NCBI GenBank assembly: GCA_000002445.1
Contig: CH464491.1
Location: 1,248,001 to 1,312,000 of the forward strand
Length of the DNA: 64,000 nt
DNA from: Trypanosoma brucei
Lineage: Eukaryota
Reading direction: 5' to 3'
Below, one piece after another: positions 32,715 through 43,464 of the stretch. The stretch's first letter is position 1. Every line of letters starts with the position of its first letter. The notes beneath the pieces were generated by a model. That model did not search any database, was not told where the DNA came from, and saw only the letters and a program-made list of their open reading frames with translations. A program made the position numbers and the translations under genes.

Positions 32715-35700
32715 ATGGCCTCCATCCCAAACGGCGCTGCACCCATACCACCGGATGTGACTTGCACCATCAATCCACTTCTTGACTTACTAGCAGCGTT
32801 TCCGGTGCCACAGTTGGCTGCTATACCACCAACACGATATTGTGAAAATGATGTAGCCCACTGCGAGCCTGACGCGGCGAGGGAAGAAGCGATCACAAAC
32901 ACCATTGAGGAGTCGGCCCGTACCTTAATAGCATCTAGCAGCTATGAGTTGCTGCGTGAAGCCACTGTGTGCATTGACAGTAGTGTTGCAACCGTCCCAA
33001 AAGGGGGAAGCATCCGCCCGACGCTTTCTCCACTTGCGCAGCGTATTCATGAGCGCCTGTTGCAACTGGAGAAAAATGTACGGGTGGGTGGTATACGTAA
33101 TGTGCCAGGTGGGGGGTCACCGCACAAGGGGCGTGTGCCATGGGAGCGCCAACCAGCCCGACAAATGACTCTGCGGCCTCGCCGCGAGCCGTCGCAGGAT
33201 GCTGCAAGGACGGCAGAGCAGGAGGACGGTTCGGAGAGCCCCAGGATCGAGACGAAACAATCACCGATGGCGGTGCAAAAAAACGAACAAACATATGGTG
33301 AATTCAAGACGGAGGCGTACCGTTCCATGGAGGTCGCAGATATTTTTAATGAAAAACTTATGGATTCTAAATCGCTTGACGCCCTCCTTGGCATGCTCTC
33401 GAGTGCAACGCAACCGTTCAGGGATGTTGAAGGAGAAACAATCACAGCGTTTCTTACTGCTCTTGTGCAGCCTTCTGTTTCTCCACCATCTACCAAAAAG
33501 AAGTGCCTGGATGATGTGGAGACGGATATATCTGTCGAACTAATGGAACGGGTGATTGCATGTTGTTCGTGTGTTTCACATCCTTCATTTAACCCGTCTC
33601 ACATCCCAGAGGATCTGATAAACCACCTTATCACAAAATTAGCTGTTCTTCTCCGACAAGTGGCGAGAAGAGCCTCCGGGCGCTCGAAAAAAAGCAAGGG
33701 CACCAGTACTGAACTTCAGTGCTTGCGTGCGTTGCTAGGTTGCTTTTCGTTGCTGGTGTCGGATGAGCGTCTGGACGTTTGTTCACCCGGAGAGTTGATC
33801 CGGTTGGAGGAACTCTGCTACCAGAGTTTATTTGTCGCAACTAGCGGTTTCGGTCATCAAGAGGTCGTAACTTACGCTGCGTATGTCATGAGTCACGCTC
33901 TGCAACTCTACCGGTGCTTGTGGAATCATCTGAAAGTTGAGCGCGACATAACAACTGAGCGGTTCTTTTTACAGTTGCCGCTAGGGGGAAACTTGCTTTT
34001 GCGGCTACAACAGCTTCCGTCAGGGGAGAAGGTTATGCCTCTCACAGCGGCAGTTGTGAACGCCGCGCAGTCATTGGATATCGGGACAGAGACAATCGGA
34101 CTGCGTGATGCCGAATGTTTGGTTCAGCAATGCCGGTCATGGGCCGCGCGGTTTGTCCAACACTTTGTGTTGGGCAAGCGGGAACTACAAGACCGCGACA
34201 CGGTTTGGACGTTGGTGCTTCAGTTTGTAGACGATCTCGCTAACATGTTGGGCTTACCCGAGTACCCCGCCGCAGACGCAATCTTGCAGTCGCTGCTCGC
34301 GTCACTTGCTCATTATGCCTCCGTTACCGCTGTCACCCTCGGGGAAAGAAACGCAGCCAACTTCTCCCTGCTACCGCTTTTTGTCGAGGTAATTTACAGA
34401 GTTTCCCGCGTTGCGCTTGGGGGATCCCTCCAGAAAGCACTGTGTGTGAAAGTTCCTCCGGCATCCCGTTTGTTGTCCTCTGCTCAGATGAGGCAGTGGC
34501 GTTACCTTACGTACTACGACACCACGGCGACGAAAAAAAAAGGTAGCAACATCAGCGCTGACTACGAAAACAAAAATGAAGATGATAGTTTGCAAGTGGG
34601 CTTGGATGACTACCGGGCCATATTGTACACAGCCCTTTCACAGTCGTCTAATTTGCCTCCTTCCGACTTTGGGGACGTATCACTCCACTTGCGCGCCGCG
34701 CATGTGCTCACTTGGGCGGTGCATGACAAGTGCTTTCACGAGTTAACTCTCGACAAACTTGTGCGCAGCCGGCATATTGTTGAAGGTGGTGTTTCAGTTG
34801 ACTGGGGTATGCTTCGGGCATGCTCTTTACGGTTATCGGCCGAACGGGAAAGGTCATTGCTTAACAGAGCGGCAAAAGAGCGACTCCTGTCGCTGCTGTT
34901 GTCCGTATTTCAGGTTTGGGAGGAAGAACCTCAGGGAAGCTTGGGCAGCCTGGAAGTGGCGCGCAAGAAGGCGCTCACTTATATTGCAGAACTCACCGAG
35001 TTACACCCCCCTTTGCTGGATAAAATTTGGCCGATTGTTCAACGGTGCGCCCGATGCGATAATGCACGCGTAAGGGAGGCAACCGTTGCACTGCTACTAA
35101 CACTTATTTCCGGTATATGTCGTGATACTAAGCGGGAAAGTGGTTTGACGGAGTCCGCTGTGGCTGATATGCTCACGGATGTCGTGAGTATGTTGTTGCA
35201 TTTTCTGAGGGACCACAATGCAGCTGTGGTCGCACGATCCATTGCAGCACTGGACACACTTCTCACGGAGGAGCCATATACTAAATTATTTGAACAGATG
35301 AGTAAGGTAGAACATTTGGTGACTTTTACGCAATCAAAGCTCCTCACATTAATCACTCCGTCCGCCGCTGTACTGGAGGTGCCAGATTGCCAGCACCAGG
35401 CAGCACTGCACCGTCTATTCATACGGCGTTGGACAGCGCAGATGCCGGGTGATTTTGAGCAGTATCACGTTCACATACGTGTGGCGAAAGAACTACTTCG
35501 TCTCACGGGTAGTACCATTAAGTATCCCTATGATGCATCAGAATCGCTACACCTCGTCACATTATTGCGTGGAATGTGCAGTGAGTTGACGGCTGTCAAA
35601 CCTAAGCGTCGTGGTCCAAAGAAAGCTGAAGATGCGAGAAGGCAGGCGTTGTGTGGAGTTATGGTTGGAGCCGCGAAGGCATTATGGTCGGAGTGGCAAC

Positions 35701-38084
35701 GACTTTCACCAGGGTCAGGAGCTGCGGCAGCTCTAGCTACGATTCACATTCTTTCAATGGCATGCAACGATTGGGTAGATCCGCTACTCGATGCTCTAGC
35801 GCAGGTGCTTTTACAGCAACAACAACTGTTAGTGAAGACAGATATGGCAAATGGAGACTCTGAGGTAACAGGCATCACACTTTTGCATGTTTGCCGGATA
35901 ATGCATACCGTGCTTATGGGGTCCCGGAGACCCCCGCTTCCGCTTGATCCACTTGCACAGGTGTTGACATCGTTGATCTCGCGCTACGTAGGACCACATC
36001 AACAGAAAATTCTTCTTTCGGCTACGGGGGCCTTAGTGTCAACCATAACCTGTGGGCACGATAGGCTTTCCAAGCAAGTGAACACCAAGTATTTAACTTT
36101 GTGCTACTCATTGATGAATACCTACTATGTGCACGTAGCTTCGTTTGCCCCCACACTTCGTACCAACCAATGCAACGTCGGCTACACATTACGTTTTCTT
36201 TTCCTCCTCTCGGAGTTCCTACGACTCTACCCTGGATGGAAGCACCGCCACCCGGAACTGGCCGCCCTCACAACCACGACATCATGTGCTGGCTCCGCTG
36301 GAGCGACAACTGTTCCAAACCAGCTTGCATGCGGCGATGGCATATGCGCGAATATTTACTCGGCGGTGGAATTGGTGTTGCGCGAGTGCCCCGAAAGGGA
36401 ACGGGGAAGAACCACTGTAATCGCCCTGCGAGTAATGGGTTCGTTGTGCATGCTTCAACCTACTACTTATCTACGTCATTGCGAGCCATACATTCGTCGT
36501 GCAATTCACCCTGCGAGTGATGTGCAGCAACAACTTCAGGGTCTCACATTCATACGGGATTTTCTGCGCGACGAAGATTCCAGGGTGCACGAAGCAGCCA
36601 TGGCGGCCGGCGCAACTCTGCCAATTCAATGGCAGGATAACGGCAACTGCAGCACGCAACCCGCGAGCCCCAATAATGGGTGTCGCCTACTGAAGCTTCA
36701 AGCCTCTGCAGAAACGCAGGTGGAGGAACAGAACAGTGGTATGGCAACTTGGTTACTTCAGCAGTTCCATGAGCATGTGACCCTTCTCTGTGGGAGTTAC
36801 ATGTTACCTGTGAGGGAACTGGCCATGGAAATACTTCACCTGTGTGCAGCGGGTGGGCTGCTGCCGCCGCCGAGGTACACTAAAGCGTTAATTGTGCTGG
36901 GTGCCGATCCACAGAGCGGTGACGTTAGGAGGACCGCTGTTGCTTACGTCCTGGAACAATGTGAGCGCCACGGGGACCTTATGGTAGCAAGTTCAACTGC
37001 CGGGATTGTGAAGGCATTCGACCTCCATGCCGTCTGCGGGGTTGATGTTGTGAAGAGTGCCATTGGGGTGTACGACACACAGCACCATAACGGACAGGGG
37101 GAAGGTGAGTACTGTGTTCATGCGTACCTCTTTAAATCGCTGCACAAAAAATATCGCGATGCCATCGTCTCATCGCTGATGTGTTATTTTCATGAGGAAG
37201 CCCGCGTAGGCCAATGGATGCGGGAGCATAAGCTTACTTGTAGCGGCGGCGCGGCCAGTGGATCCAAGGGCTTGATGGAACTAACACCGAGTCCACTTCC
37301 ATTTCTTATCCACTTGACAGTTGTGCTGGCCCACATTCCTTTCCAGCTCGAAAGTGATGTCGTTCATCTGTTGGACAGTTGCCGCACGGTTGTTGATTTA
37401 AGTGGACCGAGTTGCATGGAGTTCGTGCAGCAGCAGCTCGCACTGCTTCAAGCGAGTACGGGAACGGGAGCCCGCGGCTCACGAGGTGTCGGTGACGTCG
37501 GCGTTACCAAAGTTACGGATAGTGCACTTGACGTGTGGAGGTGCTATGGCGTTTCGTGCGTTCTACACCTCAATACTTTCCTGCATTCAGCGTACGACCT
37601 GCGCGGATCGAAGCGGTATCGACAGTCCGGGGTTGGCCGCCCGGTGGGGAGGGCCGCACGCAGTGACTCGCGAAGGGTGGCGTCCACGGCCTTCCTCAAT
37701 AAGATGAATGAGCTTCTGCAGAGCATGAACGTACTGTGGGGTGGGAAATCGGATGCAGAGGGAAAGCTCAATAACTGCAAAATTCAGTCAATGAAAAGCC
37801 TGCTTACCTCCCTCGCAGGCGCAGCTGGGTTGGAGGATACGGACGCCGTGCTTGAGTGCCCGAGTGGTCCACGAATGAAAACGAAAGCATCCACGCGCCA
37901 TCATAAGAAGGCAAAGAAGCGGGGCCGACCCTGTTGTCGGCTGTCAAATGTTGTGAATGACTCTTCGAGCAGCAGCTCCGAGAGAGCCACATCCGCTGAG
38001 TCGTTTCAGCGTGGTATTGACCACGCAAGACACGGTGAATGCATAAGTGAGTGGGCCGATGATTTTTTTCACACGGAGCAGTGA
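32715..38084 (+). CDS. Very large hypothetical protein (1789 aa), predicted helical-repeat architecture, function unknown.
   Basis: The track ORF starts at a GTG at 32649; the first ATG is at 32715 (MASIPNGAAP...). The reading frame is uninterrupted for 5.4 kb with complex composition. No low-complexity artefacts are present. I see no recognisable enzyme motif. Confidence 0.6.
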   Translation: MASIPNGAAPIPPDVTCTINPLLDLLAAFPVPQLAAIPPTRYCENDVAHCEPDAAREEAITNTIEESARTLIASSSYELLREATVCIDSSVATVPKGGSIRPTLSPLAQRIHERLLQLEKNVRVGGIRNVPGGGSPHKGRVPWERQPARQMTLRPRREPSQDAARTAEQEDGSESPRIETKQSPMAVQKNEQTYGEFKTEAYRSMEVADIFNEKLMDSKSLDALLGMLSSATQPFRDVEGETITAFLTALVQPSVSPPSTKKKCLDDVETDISVELMERVIACCSCVSHPSFNPSHIPEDLINHLITKLAVLLRQVARRASGRSKKSKGTSTELQCLRALLGCFSLLVSDERLDVCSPGELIRLEELCYQSLFVATSGFGHQEVVTYAAYVMSHALQLYRCLWNHLKVERDITTERFFLQLPLGGNLLLRLQQLPSGEKVMPLTAAVVNAAQSLDIGTETIGLRDAECLVQQCRSWAARFVQHFVLGKRELQDRDTVWTLVLQFVDDLANMLGLPEYPAADAILQSLLASLAHYASVTAVTLGERNAANFSLLPLFVEVIYRVSRVALGGSLQKALCVKVPPASRLLSSAQMRQWRYLTYYDTTATKKKGSNISADYENKNEDDSLQVGLDDYRAILYTALSQSSNLPPSDFGDVSLHLRAAHVLTWAVHDKCFHELTLDKLVRSRHIVEGGVSVDWGMLRACSLRLSAERERSLLNRAAKERLLSLLLSVFQVWEEEPQGSLGSLEVARKKALTYIAELTELHPPLLDKIWPIVQRCARCDNARVREATVALLLTLISGICRDTKRESGLTESAVADMLTDVVSMLLHFLRDHNAAVVARSIAALDTLLTEEPYTKLFEQMSKVEHLVTFTQSKLLTLITPSAAVLEVPDCQHQAALHRLFIRRWTAQMPGDFEQYHVHIRVAKELLRLTGSTIKYPYDASESLHLVTLLRGMCSELTAVKPKRRGPKKAEDARRQALCGVMVGAAKALWSEWQRLSPGSGAAAALATIHILSMACNDWVDPLLDALAQVLLQQQQLLVKTDMANGDSEVTGITLLHVCRIMHTVLMGSRRPPLPLDPLAQVLTSLISRYVGPHQQKILLSATGALVSTITCGHDRLSKQVNTKYLTLCYSLMNTYYVHVASFAPTLRTNQCNVGYTLRFLFLLSEFLRLYPGWKHRHPELAALTTTTSCAGSAGATTVPNQLACGDGICANIYSAVELVLRECPERERGRTTVIALRVMGSLCMLQPTTYLRHCEPYIRRAIHPASDVQQQLQGLTFIRDFLRDEDSRVHEAAMAAGATLPIQWQDNGNCSTQPASPNNGCRLLKLQASAETQVEEQNSGMATWLLQQFHEHVTLLCGSYMLPVRELAMEILHLCAAGGLLPPPRYTKALIVLGADPQSGDVRRTAVAYVLEQCERHGDLMVASSTAGIVKAFDLHAVCGVDVVKSAIGVYDTQHHNGQGEGEYCVHAYLFKSLHKKYRDAIVSSLMCYFHEEARVGQWMREHKLTCSGGAASGSKGLMELTPSPLPFLIHLTVVLAHIPFQLESDVVHLLDSCRTVVDLSGPSCMEFVQQQLALLQASTGTGARGSRGVGDVGVTKVTDSALDVWRCYGVSCVLHLNTFLHSAYDLRGSKRYRQSGVGRPVGRAARSDSRRVASTAFLNKMNELLQSMNVLWGGKSDAEGKLNNCKIQSMKSLLTSLAGAAGLEDTDAVLECPSGPRMKTKASTRHHKKAKKRGRPCCRLSNVVNDSSSSSSERATSAESFQRGIDHARHGECISEWADDFFHTEQ

Positions 38085-38830
38085 TCATGGAGCCAAGGAA
38101 GTGCTGAGAGTTTCAAACCCCCATGTGGCCGACAGAGTTGTGGTCACTACCGCAGTTCTGCACACTTGTCCTCAAACCAACTCTTTAATCGTACATGTGC
38201 GGTGCCGAACGTTGTGTATATATATATATTTATATATTACACGGGTTATATTCCTCCCCCACGTCCAGTGTAACCCTTTTGACTTTCTTTTTTTTCGAGG
38301 GTGTAAATTTAATTTCAGTCCCCACACGCTATATTGCCTACTGAGCAGAAAATGAGTGGACACACGGTGGAAGCAGATGGGTGGGATGGGCCACACAACC
38401 TACAGAATAGATAGCCATAGAATTAGCTTGGGCGAAACGTCAACAGAAACCATCGGGTAAATGAGTGCCACATTGGTCGACACAAAGGTACCCAGTGAGT
38501 TCCATTGCTATGCTGTGTAGCCTTCATTTCTGAAAGGGACTAGCGGCAATGGGAAGCGAGGGTAATGGAGAGTCGCGTCCGTATGTTTGATTCACGATCA
38601 TATCAAGTACCCCAACATTTTTTATTGCTACGACCTTGCCTTGCTTATCATCCCCTCCTTCCCTGCTATTTTGATATTGTGGGTTGGGGTTGTTATTATT
38701 GCTGTCGTTTTTTTTGTTTCAAGTGTGGCGTAAACACACATATAGGTATCATTAGAAAAAGGTGCCCCGTAGGTGTACGGGGCAGCTGTGAAGGGAGGGG
38801 GGCAGTAAAACCCTGAGGTGGCGGTGCCCG

Positions 38831-38853
38831 TTCTTTCTATTTGCTGGCTTTAG
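38831..38853 (+). promoter_or_regulatory. Polypyrimidine tract and AG immediately upstream of the ATG at 38858.
   Basis: The sequence ttctttctatttgctggctttAGgaatATG places a polyY tract and AG four nt before the start codon. Confidence 0.45.
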
Positions 38854-38857
38854 GAAT

Positions 38858-41800
38858 ATGTTCCGCGAGGCACTTGAAAGCGTTTTGGAGTTCATTGGTT
38901 ATCATAGTGAACACCGAGGGTGCAAGGGTAGCGAGCTACTTTCGTTTATCTCCACGGATGTTTTACCGCATTATGGGCTTGGGCAGCACTCTACAATGCA
39001 ACAAACGGTAATGAACCTGCTCCTGAGTGAGACCGATAGTTTCACCGTTAAAAGCGGGGGAAAGACTCTCTCTTCCGGTGAGTTGACGAGCACTGTACTG
39101 CAGTATGATTCCTGTGCCTTCTGCCCGACACGGGCACTGCAAGAAAAAACTGTTGGTTACAGTCTTCGGACCGCGACAATTCGGGCTGCAGTGAATTATG
39201 CATGTGAAAACATGCTGTTCGGTTTTCTTCGCAACCAGCCTGGCAGGAGCGTTATAGCTGGCAGGGAGGATGATGCTGCGTCAAGGGGGATGAACGCTAG
39301 CGCGTCCGGACTGAGCGTAGGTGTGCGTACCCTCCTACGCGATAAGTGGTTGAAGTGCGTTTTTGTCTTTCACAGGGTCAGTAAAGTGTTAGAATTGTGT
39401 GTCTTGCCGTATTTCGCTATGCCCGTGCCTCCTCGGCAACAGCACTTACAGCCCCTCCAGTCGTATTTGAAACGGTGCCGCGCTCACATGAGAGATTCAC
39501 GAGTTGTGATAGACATAAATGTTGTGCGCCACATTGTGCTGTCCTCTCCTGAGCGCCGACTGGTCTACCAGGATGCTCTTCATGCGGTATTCGAAGCTTA
39601 CGGTGAAACCGTGCCAGGCGGAAACGGGCGTGCATTTGGTAGATGCATCGGTCGTTTGCTTAGAGCAGCGGACTTACGTGTTGTGAGGGCCTCCATAACT
39701 ACCGGTTACCGGACTCACAGGGTCTCGGTAGTTGTGGATGCACGGGCCAGATTGAACGGAGACGGTGGACACACGGAGTGTACAGCCCGCGAGGGGGGAG
39801 AAGATGGCGAGGAAGGCAACACTGATGTTAGTTCGGACTCCGGTGGAAGCGAAGATTCAGGCTCAGCAGATGATAACCCCGGGAACGACTTTATTGAATG
39901 GAAATCAGAGGTTGAATCTGCGCAAGCGCCACTTGCTCGTATTCCCAATGGGGGCACTGGTGGCTTCCATGTGGATCCCGCGTTTCCTTTACCACTGCAG
40001 GTGGTAAAGCAAGCTGAGAGGAATCCGATTGCCCTGGAGCTAGTGCTGCCGCGTGTTGTTTTTTACGATTCGAAGAACATAACTAAGGAGCTGTACAGAT
40101 ACACGACCACCTATGAAGAGCGTTACGGGACCATCGAGAGTACAAATGCTCTGTGTGCATACGGCAAGTCTTTTACTCGTGTATTGCAGCCCAAGGGGTG
40201 GTCGGGTAAGCACAAGAGTGGTTACAACGAACAGCTTGATGGGTCATTACCAAAGGGAGTAACAGTGTGGGCTGTTAGCGCGGTGCTGGATGCTCTAAAT
40301 GCCTCGCCCCTACGGGCGATGACACTTGTGGACCTCGTGAGCGTTGTTGACCGCAGGACATTAGGTCGCGTTTTACCAGTCCTTCAACGCGAGAATCGTG
40401 TGACAACAACGGGTGTAACACTCCCCCAGGGTAGACGTCTTGGGGTTTTAGTCGTTGCCGGCGTGAAGTTAACAGATGCCGATCGTGAGGAGTTGATAAA
40501 GCGCCACAATAGCCGGTGGGGTGCCCATTCACAAGGTGGGAAGCCCCTCGTGCGACTCAATCATATACCCTCCCCAGGAGGAGGAGGAGAAAGTGGACAA
40601 GCGAATTCAGTGATCAGGCTTCCCGAGGGTTCTTCCCGAACCGCGCGCATTGTTACGAAGATCACGATGATTCGCAATGGCTACAGTCGAGTCGGTCTGT
40701 TTCGGCACTCGCGACTGCACTTGGAACTGTGTCGTGTGTGGTGCCTCCACAACCTAAATCCAACGAAGTCGCTAACGCTAGGGCAGTTGCTTCAAGAAAT
40801 GAGTCTGAGTTCCTTCTGTATAGTTGTGGGTGTGGGTGATGTGGATCTCACTTCGTACATAAGCGAACGTAGATGCAGTTGGGGCACTTCCATGCGGCAC
40901 CTTCCACCTACCCTGCAGGAACACTGTAGTCGTTCAGGTCTGCAGCCACTCATACACTCACTCTCTGTACTGCAAGCGAGGGGGCTTGTGATGTGTGACA
41001 GAGTACTGAGAGCCACTGAAGACGTAGATCCCGATGAATTATTCATTACGCTCGCCAAAAGCACTGGTCGTGTGTGTGAGATTGGTATTGACACGGGCTT
41101 TGATGATCAGCCGGATGAGTCGTGGGAATACGTATTTTTCCCCACCGGTGGTCCCGACAAGCCTCAGGAAACCTGCCGTGCAGTAATGCAATACTGGGGT
41201 GATTGTTGGAAAAAAGTTTCGAATACAAAGAGTGCCCATGACCGATTGGGTGCTTTTATCTGCGAAGCTGTCACAGTGGAGCCAAACATAACTGATGTGC
41301 AGATCTTTGCACTTTCATGGTTACTCCGCGTTGATTGCAGCATTATGGCCGAGCACCTTCTGCAGAGGTTGGGGTACATACGGACCGAAAGGTGCGCACG
41401 TCAACGGCGCGGCAGGGGACGTGGGCACATGTTATCCAAGTGCGCAACTGCTGGTTATGGACATGCTAGTTTTACCCGTCTCGGTGCGCGTCCCCGAGGT
41501 GACCTGACCGCCAAGAGTGTGGCTGACGTGATTGTGGATGGGTTACAATCTGACGAGTTAGAGGGCAACCTTGCTCGACTGGAAGCAAAATTGCTAGGTA
41601 AGAGGAGGGAAACACTTGAAGGTTACTATAGTCCTTATTGCAACCGAGTCCATGGTAGCATGCTTACCATCGTACAAGGTATGTTGAGGGTTGTACAGCG
41701 AGAAGGGGGTACACATGCAAGGAGGGAAGCATCCGCACAACCAAAGAACACAGTGGTTTCTTTTGCTTCACCTCACTTAGCTGCCGCAGAGGGGCTGAGT

Positions 41801-43069
41801 TGCGATGATAAGCGCACGTCGGTAAGGAATGCGGAGCCGGACGATCTGCGCTCCGTGTCGAGGCGCCTTTCTTCCAGTATCCCGCCTAGTTCAAGGACAG
41901 CCAATCGACCCCGAAAGGAACCACCTGAAGTGCTGCAGGATATCGTACGCATGATACTTTTGAGTGATGAGGCGCATTACGATGCGGTGGCGGCAAAGGC
42001 CCTGCTCGCGCAATTTAAAGTAGTAGAGCTGGATAATTGTATCGATTGGCTTCTGACCTTTCCGTCTTTCCGAAACCGCTCGAGTGCTTGCGGGAGGTTG
42101 CCGCGCGTTGAGCTTGCACCCCGCTGCAAACTTCTCCACCTGAAGCACGCTGAGCGGGTTACGCACCCCCAATGCGTAAGTGCAAGTTACGCGCACACCG
42201 CTACCGTTTCCATGCTCTTCTTGCCGCAGTCTAACTGCCGCCGTTGGTGCATACCACCTATCCTTCAGCCGGACAGCCTGCTCCTGCAGACTGCGCCGCG
42301 TCTCATCGAGCAACCCTTTCCTGACATACGGTTTTTGTTGAGTAATACACAAGAGGGTACTGAATTAAGTGCACTGCGAGTGCCGCGTTTTGCACCTCCG
42401 CCGCGCACCGACGAAAAGAAAATGTTTGTGACGACACGGACGGGGGTGGAGACTACTTGCGTCGCCAGCAATATAGCGACTAGTGCTACAACCGTAGGTT
42501 GCATCTCCACCTCTGCTGCAAAGGTGCCTACTGAACCTTATCCGGCGCGCTTCCTGCTACGGCCGTGGAAACGATTGCGTTATTTAGACCTTCTCGACAT
42601 TCCAGTTGATCCACCGCCCACCTCAGACCAGTGCAAGAGGGCACGCAGCGCGACAGTCACTTCAACTGAAGAAGGGAGAGATGACACGCCTACGCTGCCG
42701 CAGTATCCCAGTGTCTTTCATCACGTGGACGGTTCCTTTCATGTGTTCTTTTGGAGGTCGTTTCTATTTGCTGTGTACGCGCTAATACATAACTCACCGG
42801 GTATCACCGAAGAACGGGTTATGCAGGAACTTGTGCCAAGCGGCCTCGTGAGCCATGCAGCATGTAAAATGGCCATTAATTTTCTTAAAGCATCGTTGGT
42901 GATTACAGTGCGGAGCATCGTTCAAGCATGTGGTGAAGTGGACAGCCCGTTCCGGAGTGAGGCGTCAACCATGGCGGGTGGAGACGCGGCAAAAGCTACC
43001 ATGAAACACGTTGACTGTTACTTCTGCACGATATCACAGGATGGGCCGTGGAATGTGGTAAACTTGTAG
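38858..43069 (+). CDS. Large hypothetical protein (1403 aa). It is a candidate winged-helix-rich protein of the TFIIIC220/tau138 type; this is a low-confidence inference.
   Basis: It starts with ATG directly after a polyY tract and AG. The N-terminal MFREALESVLEFIG... and the C-terminal ...YALIHNSPGITEERVMQELVPSGLVSHAACKMAINFLKASLVI resemble, as far as I recall, the terminal winged-helix modules of the TFIIIC B-block-binding subunit (human GTF3C1 begins MDALESLLDEVALEG and ends ...[38 protein letters not shown]). The rest of the protein is not assignable. Confidence 0.55.
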   Translation: MFREALESVLEFIGYHSEHRGCKGSELLSFISTDVLPHYGLGQHSTMQQTVMNLLLSETDSFTVKSGGKTLSSGELTSTVLQYDSCAFCPTRALQEKTVGYSLRTATIRAAVNYACENMLFGFLRNQPGRSVIAGREDDAASRGMNASASGLSVGVRTLLRDKWLKCVFVFHRVSKVLELCVLPYFAMPVPPRQQHLQPLQSYLKRCRAHMRDSRVVIDINVVRHIVLSSPERRLVYQDALHAVFEAYGETVPGGNGRAFGRCIGRLLRAADLRVVRASITTGYRTHRVSVVVDARARLNGDGGHTECTAREGGEDGEEGNTDVSSDSGGSEDSGSADDNPGNDFIEWKSEVESAQAPLARIPNGGTGGFHVDPAFPLPLQVVKQAERNPIALELVLPRVVFYDSKNITKELYRYTTTYEERYGTIESTNALCAYGKSFTRVLQPKGWSGKHKSGYNEQLDGSLPKGVTVWAVSAVLDALNASPLRAMTLVDLVSVVDRRTLGRVLPVLQRENRVTTTGVTLPQGRRLGVLVVAGVKLTDADREELIKRHNSRWGAHSQGGKPLVRLNHIPSPGGGGESGQANSVIRLPEGSSRTARIVTKITMIRNGYSRVGLFRHSRLHLELCRVWCLHNLNPTKSLTLGQLLQEMSLSSFCIVVGVGDVDLTSYISERRCSWGTSMRHLPPTLQEHCSRSGLQPLIHSLSVLQARGLVMCDRVLRATEDVDPDELFITLAKSTGRVCEIGIDTGFDDQPDESWEYVFFPTGGPDKPQETCRAVMQYWGDCWKKVSNTKSAHDRLGAFICEAVTVEPNITDVQIFALSWLLRVDCSIMAEHLLQRLGYIRTERCARQRRGRGRGHMLSKCATAGYGHASFTRLGARPRGDLTAKSVADVIVDGLQSDELEGNLARLEAKLLGKRRETLEGYYSPYCNRVHGSMLTIVQGMLRVVQREGGTHARREASAQPKNTVVSFASPHLAAAEGLSCDDKRTSVRNAEPDDLRSVSRRLSSSIPPSSRTANRPRKEPPEVLQDIVRMILLSDEAHYDAVAAKALLAQFKVVELDNCIDWLLTFPSFRNRSSACGRLPRVELAPRCKLLHLKHAERVTHPQCVSASYAHTATVSMLFLPQSNCRRWCIPPILQPDSLLLQTAPRLIEQPFPDIRFLLSNTQEGTELSALRVPRFAPPPRTDEKKMFVTTRTGVETTCVASNIATSATTVGCISTSAAKVPTEPYPARFLLRPWKRLRYLDLLDIPVDPPPTSDQCKRARSATVTSTEEGRDDTPTLPQYPSVFHHVDGSFHVFFWRSFLFAVYALIHNSPGITEERVMQELVPSGLVSHAACKMAINFLKASLVITVRSIVQACGEVDSPFRSEASTMAGGDAAKATMKHVDCYFCTISQDGPWNVVNL

Positions 43070-43464
43070 CTCTGATAAGCTGTACTCTCTGCGTATATGT
43101 AACGAACTGTTCACCTGTTTAAGGCGGAGAGTTGTTGTATTTGAACATAGTGTGCCTTCCATCCGTAAATTTGCTGTTGAAGCACCTTTGAAGTCGTGCA
43201 AGTCCGCGCGTTTGCCCTCGTTCAAGCGTGCTGAAACCAGCTGCAACGCCACGCGACTCCGTTGCTGGTCCAGATGTCAACTTCCTCATGTGTTATGTTG
43301 TAGCAATTCCCGGTGTGTTTAGCTGTGTGTATATATATACAAACTTCTCGTTTTTTTGTTTTTACCCTATTTATGTGTGAATGTATGTGTGGGTGCGCAA
43401 CTGTCCGCGGAGCTCGGCAAGCACCGCGAATAAAGTAGGAAAAACGAAAGGCAGTTTTGACGCA

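Noticed and set aside
43381-43464. Upstream ATG that extends the Naa10 ORF by 28 codons ([28 protein letters not shown]).
   Set aside because: It lies inside or immediately after the polyY tract and before the first AG acceptor. The ATG at 43465 gives [17 protein letters not shown], which aligns residue for residue with the start of eukaryotic Naa10.
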